The notes beneath the pieces are model-generated. The model had not been told where the DNA came from. It made no database searches and saw only the letters and a list, made by a program, of their open reading frames with translations. A stretch of 64,000 bases of DNA from a virus. The stretch lies in IMG/VR virus record IMGVR_UViG_3300040801_000905, positions 1-64,000 of that record. One strand, written 5' to 3'. The position numbers and the translations under genes are program-made. Below are positions 26,065 through 34,713 of this stretch, in pieces. Within the stretch, counting starts at the first letter, position 1. Every line of letters begins with the position of its first letter.

Positions 26065-29016
26065 GTGGCGAACTCGTTTTATACCAATAACTTCAAAGGA
26101 AGAGCAGGCCGAAAAGAACGGGCCAAGCATATTGTCGATGAGTTCAAAGCGATTGAAGATGGTTTTGCGCTACTGCAAAGCTACAACATCAATTCAACGC
26201 TAACCATACACACCAACACAGTACAGCAGTCAGGCTTCATTACTATTCGGCCTGACTTTGGTTATTTGCAAGAGCTTTATATCCAGTCGAACACAACCAT
26301 CGTGATGGGCAACCCCCAAAACGAATCACAGTATCGGGTTTCGCTGATGATCCACGGTGCCGGATACGTGATTGTTAACAACTGGGGAGCACAAACGTGG
26401 AAAGAATATGGGGGGACGCAGGATAACTGGTGGGAGTTGTTTACTGGTGATGGGCCAAACGCTTCCATGCTGTTGGACTTTTTTTGGGACATTTGTACGC
26501 GCACATGGATATGTGTCGCCAGCTCCAAAAACGTATTCAATTCAGCGGGTGGGCGCAACGCTGTAGAGTTGATGTATCCGTTGCTATGCAACCTTACGGA
26601 TGTGGCAGATACGGACACGTGGGGTTATACACGTAGCGGAAATGGTCAGACGCTAGACCAAAATCAACACTACCACTACCTTGGTACAAATCAGCCGCGG
26701 CATAGTGGTGTACGTTGGGTAGAGAACTGGTCTCCAACAGCCAGTGATCTTACATCAGCAGCATGGGTTGCCACGGATTGTTCTGTTAGCACTATCACGG
26801 AAGGCGGGCCAAACAGCGAAGACGTACAGGAGCTGACTTTTACTGCAACCAACGGCAAGCTGGCGTCATACATCCTTCCGTCTTTTGGGCGGGCAACCAC
26901 AGACAATGACCCTATCAAGGTTGCTGTGCGCTTTTTGGCAAAGGCAACATCAGGAACTGCGGCAGTGCGCGTGGTTAATTCCCTGTGTGGGAAGACTAAT
27001 CTTTCTCCACCTGTTCATGATGCGGCGCAGGTGGCGCTGAGCGATGAGTGGGTAACATATGGTTGTGTTCTCAACATTCTGAAAGACGGTAACGATACTA
27101 AGTCATTAGCTCTTGATCAGTTTTATCCAAAGCTATTGATGGAAGTGGCGTTTATGTCTCCATCAGGATCAGCGGGAGACCCTATACAAATTACTGACGT
27201 TCAAATTGAAGTGCTTCGGTATCTGGATGATGAGATGGTGGGAGAGCTACAGGAAACCACTATTGGATCATCCATTGCACTGCTGGGCACAGGAACTGGT
27301 AATTGGGATGATGGAACCAAGCAGCTTGAGCTTCCAACAGTCGGCACGTCCGTTGATCTGAGCAGCACACTGGAAGCAGGCAAAACATACTTAGTCGATG
27401 CGCGGTTGCAAAGCGGAACTGCTGCTGACATTCGTATGCAAAACAATGTCACGGTGTGGGGCGCAGGTTCAGCGGGAGATGGGCTGTATGTCCAAGATGC
27501 ACCGTTTACATTTCAGTATGACGGTGGACAGCTGACTTTCGTATTGATGGATGGCATTTCCTCAATTTACTTGGTGGACATTTACGAAGTAAGTGGAGAC
27601 CGTGGCGCGTACTGCACGGAAAACCCATACGATATCGTTTCCTTTGTAACGGGGAATTACCATCTGACGGAATCAACTCCGCGTGTTCCCTATGACAGTG
27701 GCGTGTTGTTTGGCACGGCAAGAGAGATTGCCTCAACCAACCTGATTGCATACGAGTATTACCGTACATTCACCCTGTGGGACCAACAGGGTTTGGGCGG
27801 TGTTACTGCTGCTGATTGTCGTAATCCGGTATTTCAATCTGAGTTTGGAATTGATGGCAGGCCATCACGGGGAACCATCTTGCAGGGTGCAAGCCGTGTA
27901 CAAGAAGGTTATATCACGCGAGACTTTTCAATTACCCCAGCGGCAACAGGCTATGACATTCAGATGTGGCTGCGGCGAACATATGACGTTGAAGGAAACA
28001 TCGTCTACACACCGCAATATGGTGATGTGACTACAGAAGCTTCACGGTATGTTGATTTTGAAGCTGAGCTACTGGGAGGAACCAGCACGATTGAGTCTGG
28101 GCGTATACGCGTTGACTTACAAACCAGCACGATTGGTGGCTTGCCTTCTGGCTACAACTACCAGCTTGGTGTTTACGTGCTCAATGATTGGCTGTTGTGC
28201 ATTATTTCGTTACAAAACGATGGGACGCATGACACGTTTCGGTTCAGGGTGTACCCGTCTAGTGGAAACGTAGCTGACCCAAGTGTGGTCAAAACAGACC
28301 TTACAGGCTGGTGTGTAATTGATTGGGCGCAGCTGGAAGCGACAGGCGGTACGTTCTTTGCCAGCTCTCCAGTCATTGGCGGTGACACAAGGAACACGGA
28401 GAACTTCACTACCAATCTTCCTGATGGTGAGATATATGCCACGTTTGATGACAACAGCTATTACGAAGTAGGGAAGCTGGTTGCCACCGCAGTGAGTGGA
28501 GATATCATTTGGGAGTGGGATGATTACGTTCACAAGAACTTGTTGTTTTCGACCACGAGTCTAGCCAGCGGGACCGTGTACAACATGCACGAGTTTGGGT
28601 TGGTTGACGATGCAAGCCCTCCGCAAAACGATTTACAAATTTTAACTACTACACTGTATCCGGTAGAAGTTACGGAATCGCTTGTTCCAACGCTTACGCC
28701 ATCTGATGGATACATGATTTTAATACCAGAAGATTTTGCAGATGCTGGTGGTGTGCACGTCTCGACAGAGTTAGACACTATTTTGCTTTATGGCACGGCT
28801 GATCCAGATGAGGCAGAAGCAGGTGGGGTTCATGTGACAACGACTCTTACTTCGTTGTTGATTGAAGGGACTGCAAATCCAGATGAAGCTGATGCAGGTG
28901 GACTGCACGTATCAACAACACTAACAAGTTACTTAATAACCGCGGATACGCCTGACGAATCTCTTGATATAAGCATTGTGTTAGATGCATCAGGATGTTC
29001 AATGACGGCTGTTTAG
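26065..29016 (+). CDS. tail fibre protein
   Basis: The GTG at 26065 is 6 nt after GGAG. The N-terminal 'ANSFYTNNFKGRAGRKERAKHIVDEFKAIEDGFALL' is fibre-type. 983 aa, with three 25-aa repeats at the C-terminus. Confidence 0.65.
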   Translation: MANSFYTNNFKGRAGRKERAKHIVDEFKAIEDGFALLQSYNINSTLTIHTNTVQQSGFITIRPDFGYLQELYIQSNTTIVMGNPQNESQYRVSLMIHGAGYVIVNNWGAQTWKEYGGTQDNWWELFTGDGPNASMLLDFFWDICTRTWICVASSKNVFNSAGGRNAVELMYPLLCNLTDVADTDTWGYTRSGNGQTLDQNQHYHYLGTNQPRHSGVRWVENWSPTASDLTSAAWVATDCSVSTITEGGPNSEDVQELTFTATNGKLASYILPSFGRATTDNDPIKVAVRFLAKATSGTAAVRVVNSLCGKTNLSPPVHDAAQVALSDEWVTYGCVLNILKDGNDTKSLALDQFYPKLLMEVAFMSPSGSAGDPIQITDVQIEVLRYLDDEMVGELQETTIGSSIALLGTGTGNWDDGTKQLELPTVGTSVDLSSTLEAGKTYLVDARLQSGTAADIRMQNNVTVWGAGSAGDGLYVQDAPFTFQYDGGQLTFVLMDGISSIYLVDIYEVSGDRGAYCTENPYDIVSFVTGNYHLTESTPRVPYDSGVLFGTAREIASTNLIAYEYYRTFTLWDQQGLGGVTAADCRNPVFQSEFGIDGRPSRGTILQGASRVQEGYITRDFSITPAATGYDIQMWLRRTYDVEGNIVYTPQYGDVTTEASRYVDFEAELLGGTSTIESGRIRVDLQTSTIGGLPSGYNYQLGVYVLNDWLLCIISLQNDGTHDTFRFRVYPSSGNVADPSVVKTDLTGWCVIDWAQLEATGGTFFASSPVIGGDTRNTENFTTNLPDGEIYATFDDNSYYEVGKLVATAVSGDIIWEWDDYVHKNLLFSTTSLASGTVYNMHEFGLVDDASPPQNDLQILTTTLYPVEVTESLVPTLTPSDGYMILIPEDFADAGGVHVSTELDTILLYGTADPDEAEAGGVHVTTTLTSLLIEGTANPDEADAGGLHVSTTLTSYLITADTPDESLDISIVLDASGCSMTAV
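28744..28968 (+). repeat. 3 x 75-nt in-frame tandem repeat (AGG[VL]HV[ST]T.L...L..GTA.PDEA-)
   Basis: AGGVHVSTELDTILLYGTADPDEAE / AGGVHVTTTLTSLLIEGTANPDEAD / AGGLHVSTTLTSYLITADTPDESLD. Confidence 0.85.
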
Positions 29017-29024
29017 GAGTAAAT

Positions 29025-29963
29025 ATGCATTACTTAAAATATAAAGATATTTTGGTCCCTGTTGTTAACGGACTTAAACCGCGGTTTCAAGGGCAGGTAA
29101 GGGGGATTCTGCGTGATGCCATGGGTAACGTAGTTCAAGATACAGGGTGGGGTCCAAATTTAATAACAGATTATGGCTTAACTGCCATGCGCTCAAATTC
29201 TGTTTGGTCGTATTGGCAGATTGGGAGTAGTGATCAAGCTCCAGCGTTTACAGATGTAGCACTGGTATCACCTTTCCAGACTGCGTATCACAATATGCAC
29301 CCTCTGGCCAACCCGTTTACATCAACCAATCTGGGTGCGCCAGATTATGCTGTTGAACAAACCATGGTTGTTCGCTTCGCATCAGGTACGGCTGGAACCA
29401 TAAGAGAGTGTGGGTGTGGAGGCAATGGTGCTGATTTATCTATGAGAACTCTTGTTCCTACGCCTGTTGTAAAAGGAATAGACAATGTTTTCGATCTAAC
29501 GTATCGAATGACAACTTATCCCGATCTGACAGATCGAACGGATACCGTAACAATTGAAGCAGAAACATATAACGTTTTAGTAAGGGCGCAGGATGTTGAT
29601 AATACTGGCAGCCCACAGGGGGCATTTAACGGCTTTGCCCAAAGTACCTTTTCTAACGGAAATGTTTCAGATTATTCACTTGGAGCTACCCCAGCAGATG
29701 ATCCAACGGGTGGAACTGACGCTGACAGTACAAATTATTATCAAATTATTGGTAATGGTTCTGGCTATGAAACAGTTCAACTGGTTGTAGGGCTTGATAG
29801 CGGAAATTTCCCCAGCGGAGTGAGCTTAATTACGCTAAATAATCCCGGTCAAACTGGAATAATTGGCGTTCAATATAGAAGGGCTTCAGATAACGCGTTC
29901 TTGCCAAAAGATGAAACGAAAGTTTTAACCTTGCAATTTAATAACACGTGGGGAAGACACTGA
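29025..29963 (+). CDS. tail protein, paralog 1
   Basis: The ATG at 29025 follows AGGAG. It shares collinear motifs with the next gene. Confidence 0.6.
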   Translation: MHYLKYKDILVPVVNGLKPRFQGQVRGILRDAMGNVVQDTGWGPNLITDYGLTAMRSNSVWSYWQIGSSDQAPAFTDVALVSPFQTAYHNMHPLANPFTSTNLGAPDYAVEQTMVVRFASGTAGTIRECGCGGNGADLSMRTLVPTPVVKGIDNVFDLTYRMTTYPDLTDRTDTVTIEAETYNVLVRAQDVDNTGSPQGAFNGFAQSTFSNGNVSDYSLGATPADDPTGGTDADSTNYYQIIGNGSGYETVQLVVGLDSGNFPSGVSLITLNNPGQTGIIGVQYRRASDNAFLPKDETKVLTLQFNNTWGRH

Positions 29964-30928
29964 TGATTATTCAGCCACGTAAAACCATTTTACTCCCTTG
30001 CACCACACTGGTGGAAATGAAAGGGTTTTTCCGTTTTCAACTTGTTAATAAATACAGCGGAAAATGCAGAGTAGATACAGGATTTTTCCCTAACAAGCTA
30101 CTCACGTCAGGCATGAACGAAATGGTAAATCAGGCGAACTGGTTAACGTGGGTTCATGTAGGAACAAACTCTACTCCACCTACTGCACTGGATACCCAGT
30201 TGCTTGGGTTTGTCGCAGGGTCATCTACTATTGAAAGCGAAGCAGTTGCCGCGCAATCGTCTGCACCTTATTACGCATACAAACGAAAAACATTTCGTAT
30301 TAGCAATCCCGCTATTGCAAACCAAAATCTCAGTGAAGCAGGTGTAGGCTGGGGTAGCTCAGGAAGTACGTTGATTTCTCGTGCTTTGATACTTGATCCG
30401 CAAACACAAGAAACCACCACGGTTACACCACTTCCAGATGAGATACTAGATGTAACGTATGAAATGCGTTATTACCCACCTACAGCTGATGTTACTGGGC
30501 CACAAGTTACGCTTGATGGTGTGACATATGACACCACAACCCGTGCAGCCATGGTTACAGATAATTCATGGGGTAATAACATTGGAACGTCCATTGCGAT
30601 AAATAATTCTGCACTTTCAGCGAATCAAGCATGGACGGGTGATCTTGGTGCTATAACAGAGTTGCCTAGCGGGACCGCATACAACATGGATGGGTTAAAC
30701 GCGACTAATGCAGCCTACCAAAATAATTCATTTGAAAGAAATATGTCTGTAAACATTGGTGCTGCTGGATGGAATGCAGCAGGAGGGATTCGTTCTGTAT
30801 CTGTTTGGACAACTGCGGGACGCTTCCAAACGCGGTTTGGCTCAAACCCCGGCGACAATACTATTCCAAAGACAAACTCATACACCATGCAGCTGTCATG
30901 GACAATTTCATGGGCAGAGAAAGTCTAA
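29963..30928 (+). CDS. tail protein, paralog 2
   Basis: TGATG overlap start. Motifs such as 'FPNKLLTSGMN', 'VGTNSTPPTALDTQL' and 'ILDVTYEMRYYP' parallel paralog 1. Confidence 0.6.
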   Translation: MIIQPRKTILLPCTTLVEMKGFFRFQLVNKYSGKCRVDTGFFPNKLLTSGMNEMVNQANWLTWVHVGTNSTPPTALDTQLLGFVAGSSTIESEAVAAQSSAPYYAYKRKTFRISNPAIANQNLSEAGVGWGSSGSTLISRALILDPQTQETTTVTPLPDEILDVTYEMRYYPPTADVTGPQVTLDGVTYDTTTRAAMVTDNSWGNNIGTSIAINNSALSANQAWTGDLGAITELPSGTAYNMDGLNATNAAYQNNSFERNMSVNIGAAGWNAAGGIRSVSVWTTAGRFQTRFGSNPGDNTIPKTNSYTMQLSWTISWAEKV

Positions 30929-31548
30929 TGGCGATACCTGAAGACAGAATGTCAACAAGTGTAGTGATTAATGATTGGCTACCGCCTGATGAGCGCTATC
31001 GAACACTAGATGTTGACTATGAGGCTGGCCCTATTGCCTTGAACGATCCAACGGCTGGATTGGCGTACCAGCCATGGGAGCTGACATGGGACTTAGGTAC
31101 GGGCAATTTTACGGTTACGCCAGAAACGACAGGTTCTCCGTCTGTGGTGTTGAACAGCGGTGGGGCAAATGTTACCCAGCTAAGCTTGGCGTTTGATCAG
31201 AACGGGCACGTGAATGTTGCTTATACCGCAAACACAGGAACATTTTTATATTGGTATGACTCGCTGATCAGTAACTGGGTTACGACACAACTTCCAGCAG
31301 CGGTATTTATGCCAACACTGACACTGGATGACAAACGGATCACACAAACAAATGCCAGTGACATCATGTTGTGGTGGACTGAAGAACAGCCGGATGGCAC
31401 GTATAATCTATACAGGGCATATCAGCGAGACCGATTTAACCCGCTGGTGCCAAAAGAAATGGCCACAGACATCAACCCTTACATCTACAAGCTGGGGATG
31501 CATAAGGGATTTAGACTACAGCTTGGGTTGAGCGACAGAGTATTGTGA
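30928..31548 (+). CDS. tail-associated protein
   Basis: TAATG overlap start at 30928. 206 aa. Confidence 0.55.
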   Translation: MAIPEDRMSTSVVINDWLPPDERYRTLDVDYEAGPIALNDPTAGLAYQPWELTWDLGTGNFTVTPETTGSPSVVLNSGGANVTQLSLAFDQNGHVNVAYTANTGTFLYWYDSLISNWVTTQLPAAVFMPTLTLDDKRITQTNASDIMLWWTEEQPDGTYNLYRAYQRDRFNPLVPKEMATDINPYIYKLGMHKGFRLQLGLSDRVL

Positions 31549-31558
31549 GGAAACAGTA

Positions 31559-33013
31559 ATGGCAACTTTTACGAAACCAGCAGGTGATGGAGAGCAAGTC
31601 GATTTTCTGGGTAAAACAACCACAGAAAAGGACAAACAGACATCTACCAAGGCGACAACGGAGCAAACGGAAAGCTCTACGCCATCGCTGAGAGAGTGGG
31701 CAGATTCAAAGGGCATCTCAGGGCCACTAGTTAAACACGGCAGTTTTTTATACACCAGTGGTGGCATGTTCCGCATTGGAGATGATGGTGTTCCATATGG
31801 TGGGGGCGCACAATTAAGTTCTGGCACACCAAATGAAAATAATACTGTAACGATGCAGGATTATATGAACATGCCGCGCCCAACAACACAGGCAAACATT
31901 TGGGATATTGCTAATAATCAAACCAAGAATACATCTTCAGCTACGTCCAGCACGCAGAGCACAGGCGATGCAGTAGTTACACAATCAAAAACCGATCCCA
32001 CCAAAAAAGAAGACCCAGATCAGTTTGGTGATAAGACAGGGGATGACTATGGCGTAGGAGGCGAAACCACTGATGATGCAATTATTGGAGACGCGCCAGC
32101 GACTGAAACTGAAGAAGGAAATACCATTCCTGATGGTATGGACTATGAAGTTCCAGAAGCTTCTGATGCGTTTGTGCCAGAGGGGTCTGGAACGGCAGAT
32201 GTAGAACAAACGACATGGGATGTAACAGATGAGCAAACCGTAGCGGGTCAATTTGAAGACCTATATGATCGGGACAGCCCCATCTTTGAGCAGGCGCGGC
32301 AAAGAGCTATTCGACAGCATCTTGCTTCTGGTGGTCAAAACAGTGCTATGGCAGCTGGATTTGGTGAAGCTGCGGCGATGGATAAAGTGTTTCAGATCGC
32401 GCAAGCAGACGCAGCAACGTATGCACGTTCTGCTGAGTTTAACGCAGCCATGGCGAACCAGTATTCATTGGCAGAACAACGTTTCATTCAGAATGCTTTG
32501 CTATCAGAGCAAGCTTTTCAGCAAGCAAAAAGCCTGCAAACACAACGCATCGCTGCTCAGCTGGAGTCTATAGTTTTAGACTATAAGGGGCGCAGTGCTC
32601 TCATGGATAAGGAGCTAGACATCTGGCAAAAGCAGGCTGCTAAGCAGTTTGAATATGACATGAGCAAGCTTAGTTTTCAGCTGGAGGGCGAGAAACAAAT
32701 GATTAACATGCAGGCGTTGGCAAACTTTTATAGCAACGGCTTTGCATCAGTAATGCAGATCGCTGGCAATCCGAATTTGTCAGCAAAACAATCTAAAGCT
32801 GCGATGGAAGAAGGAATGGCATGGTTCAATACACAGCTAAATGCATTCCGTGCCATCTTGTATGGCAATACTACACAAACATCAACAGGTCAGGATTTTC
32901 TTAATTACAACTGGGCAACAGGTGAGAATGAAGGAACTGTACCAACCGATGGGAGTGGCTACCCCAATTGGGGAGATTGGAATAATTATCCCGGTGGTGT
33001 GATTAATCCATAG
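31559..33013 (+). CDS. virion protein (unknown role)
   Basis: 484 aa. The N-terminal half is acidic and disordered; the C-terminal half is Q/A-rich and helical. Confidence 0.6.
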   Translation: MATFTKPAGDGEQVDFLGKTTTEKDKQTSTKATTEQTESSTPSLREWADSKGISGPLVKHGSFLYTSGGMFRIGDDGVPYGGGAQLSSGTPNENNTVTMQDYMNMPRPTTQANIWDIANNQTKNTSSATSSTQSTGDAVVTQSKTDPTKKEDPDQFGDKTGDDYGVGGETTDDAIIGDAPATETEEGNTIPDGMDYEVPEASDAFVPEGSGTADVEQTTWDVTDEQTVAGQFEDLYDRDSPIFEQARQRAIRQHLASGGQNSAMAAGFGEAAAMDKVFQIAQADAATYARSAEFNAAMANQYSLAEQRFIQNALLSEQAFQQAKSLQTQRIAAQLESIVLDYKGRSALMDKELDIWQKQAAKQFEYDMSKLSFQLEGEKQMINMQALANFYSNGFASVMQIAGNPNLSAKQSKAAMEEGMAWFNTQLNAFRAILYGNTTQTSTGQDFLNYNWATGENEGTVPTDGSGYPNWGDWNNYPGGVINP

Positions 33014-33021
33014 GAGGATAC

Positions 33022-33483
33022 GTGATCAGAAAGGCCGAACTGGAAGACGTACCTTACATAGCAAACGATACAGCATTAAGACTACATGCAAGACTTGGTT
33101 CAACAAAAGAGGCAGAGATACATAAGCCAACGATGTTCAGGGTTATGGAGCATTTTGTCAGGGCCAACGACAAATTGTTTATTGTGTCTGAGCATGAAGA
33201 GATTATCCGCGGTTTTCTCATGGCCAGTATTGAACCGTTTTGGTGGGCAGACCCGATGCGCGGACGCAGGTATGTTACGGATTGGGCGTTCTACTCTGAA
33301 ATCAGAGGGGATGGTGTGTTGATGCTGAAAGCTATGCAAGAGTGGGCGTGGATGCAGCCAAGAGTAATTGAGGTTGCTGTAGCTACCAATGTGCCTAAAG
33401 GCCGCGGCGTAGTAGAGGCTATGTTTAACAAAGCAGGAATGGAGCAGGTAGGAGGCAGGTTCAAGGTAAGCAAGCCTGAGTGA
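33022..33483 (+). CDS. GNAT-family N-acetyltransferase
   Basis: 'IRKAELEDVPYI' start, 'IRGDGVLMLKAM' (R/Q-x-x-G-x-G/A acetyl-CoA motif), 153 aa. GTG start after AGGAGGA. Confidence 0.65.
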   Translation: MIRKAELEDVPYIANDTALRLHARLGSTKEAEIHKPTMFRVMEHFVRANDKLFIVSEHEEIIRGFLMASIEPFWWADPMRGRRYVTDWAFYSEIRGDGVLMLKAMQEWAWMQPRVIEVAVATNVPKGRGVVEAMFNKAGMEQVGGRFKVSKPE

Positions 33484-33484
33484 A

Positions 33485-34699
33485 ATGGCAACAAAAGGAC
33501 TAAGAAAATACTCAACCACGCTGTTTACTGGGACGCTATCTGGTGGCGTCACGGAATGGTCTGGGCGGCTGTTGAACCATAGCAACTTGACAAACCACCA
33601 GTTGGTTATGACGGCCAGCGAAACAATCACAGAAGGGACTGGAGATTATAAAGTTTTTATTCTGCCTGATGCTGATGACGTTGGAGCGGCTGTAGATACG
33701 GGTCTTGTTTTGAGCTTGGGTGGTAAGGACTCAGCCATTGTTAATTTCACAGGTGTTATTCGCGGCATCAAATTAAAAACATCTAACCCGATTGATTTGC
33801 CGAATGTAAAACTAAGCGCGGTAATTTCATCGTTTTCAAGGTATAGACAGTCTGTACTTTACTCAGGAGAAGAAGAAAAGAGAGACACTGTTTCAACAGA
33901 GCTGGAAGGTTTCAACCTGAACAATGATATATCGTGGACCACACCGAATCACTCTAACATGATATATCACCAGTTGAGCCTGTCATCAGAAGAGCCACAG
34001 ACGGATGCTGTATACGAAGTAAGAATAATCCCTGAATCAGAAAGACCGCTTGAAACGAGTGTGTCACTAGGTATTGAGTTAGATTTTGCAGGAAACCAGT
34101 CGGCCATGGTGTATTTCGGCAGTGTAATGACTGGAATACACCTTAGAAAAATCAGCGGTGATACAACCAACAAAAATATAGAGGTAATTTTATCGTCATC
34201 TGTGGAGCGATACGATGAGGTTGTAACGCGCTACATAACTATTGAGCAAGACCCAGTTATTGATAATCACATCAATAACTTCAGCAACCCTCACCAAGTT
34301 ACATATGATCAACTGTTGGGTGACAAGCCAGAAGATGGCTATGCCCTTGTCAGGGCAGTTATTCCACCGCTAAAGGAATTTATTGTTCATGCTGACCATC
34401 AGTATCTGGTGTGGGAATCTTTGGATATAGAAGGAAGCGTCACAATTCAACCTGATGGCGAGGTTGTTGTGCTGCATGATAGGCCAGAAGAGTCGCTAGA
34501 AGACCCCGATTTCACTTATAATTTAGATGGAGAAATGATCCAGATAGATTATGCCGATGGGTCACAGAAAGTATTCACATACGATGTGAATGGTAATTTG
34601 ATACAAGTCGATTCTTTGCGGGATGGAACCACGCATAGAAAAACATTTACATACACCGGAGGGGGTGAGCTTGATTATATAACTGGAAGCTGGACATAA
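33485..34699 (+). CDS. tail/fibre protein with C-terminal YD-type repeats
   Basis: 404 aa. The last 64 aa are 'FTYNLDGEMIQIDYADGSQKVFTYDVNGNLIQVDSLRDGTTHRKTFTYTGGGELDYI'. Confidence 0.6.
   Translation: MATKGLRKYSTTLFTGTLSGGVTEWSGRLLNHSNLTNHQLVMTASETITEGTGDYKVFILPDADDVGAAVDTGLVLSLGGKDSAIVNFTGVIRGIKLKTSNPIDLPNVKLSAVISSFSRYRQSVLYSGEEEKRDTVSTELEGFNLNNDISWTTPNHSNMIYHQLSLSSEEPQTDAVYEVRIIPESERPLETSVSLGIELDFAGNQSAMVYFGSVMTGIHLRKISGDTTNKNIEVILSSSVERYDEVVTRYITIEQDPVIDNHINNFSNPHQVTYDQLLGDKPEDGYALVRAVIPPLKEFIVHADHQYLVWESLDIEGSVTIQPDGEVVVLHDRPEESLEDPDFTYNLDGEMIQIDYADGSQKVFTYDVNGNLIQVDSLRDGTTHRKTFTYTGGGELDYITGSWT
34505..34696 (+). repeat. YD (Rhs-type) repeat motifs in protein
   Basis: About three units of the pattern xFxYDxxGNLxxxxxxDGxxxxFxY. 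Confidence 0.55.
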
Positions 34700-34713
34700 A
34701 GGAGAACTAACCC

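Noticed and set aside
26065-29016. Diversity-generating retroelement targeting the fibre
   Set aside because: There is no reverse transcriptase in the window. No template/variable repeat pair with A-specific mismatches was seen. The only repeats are in-frame protein repeats.
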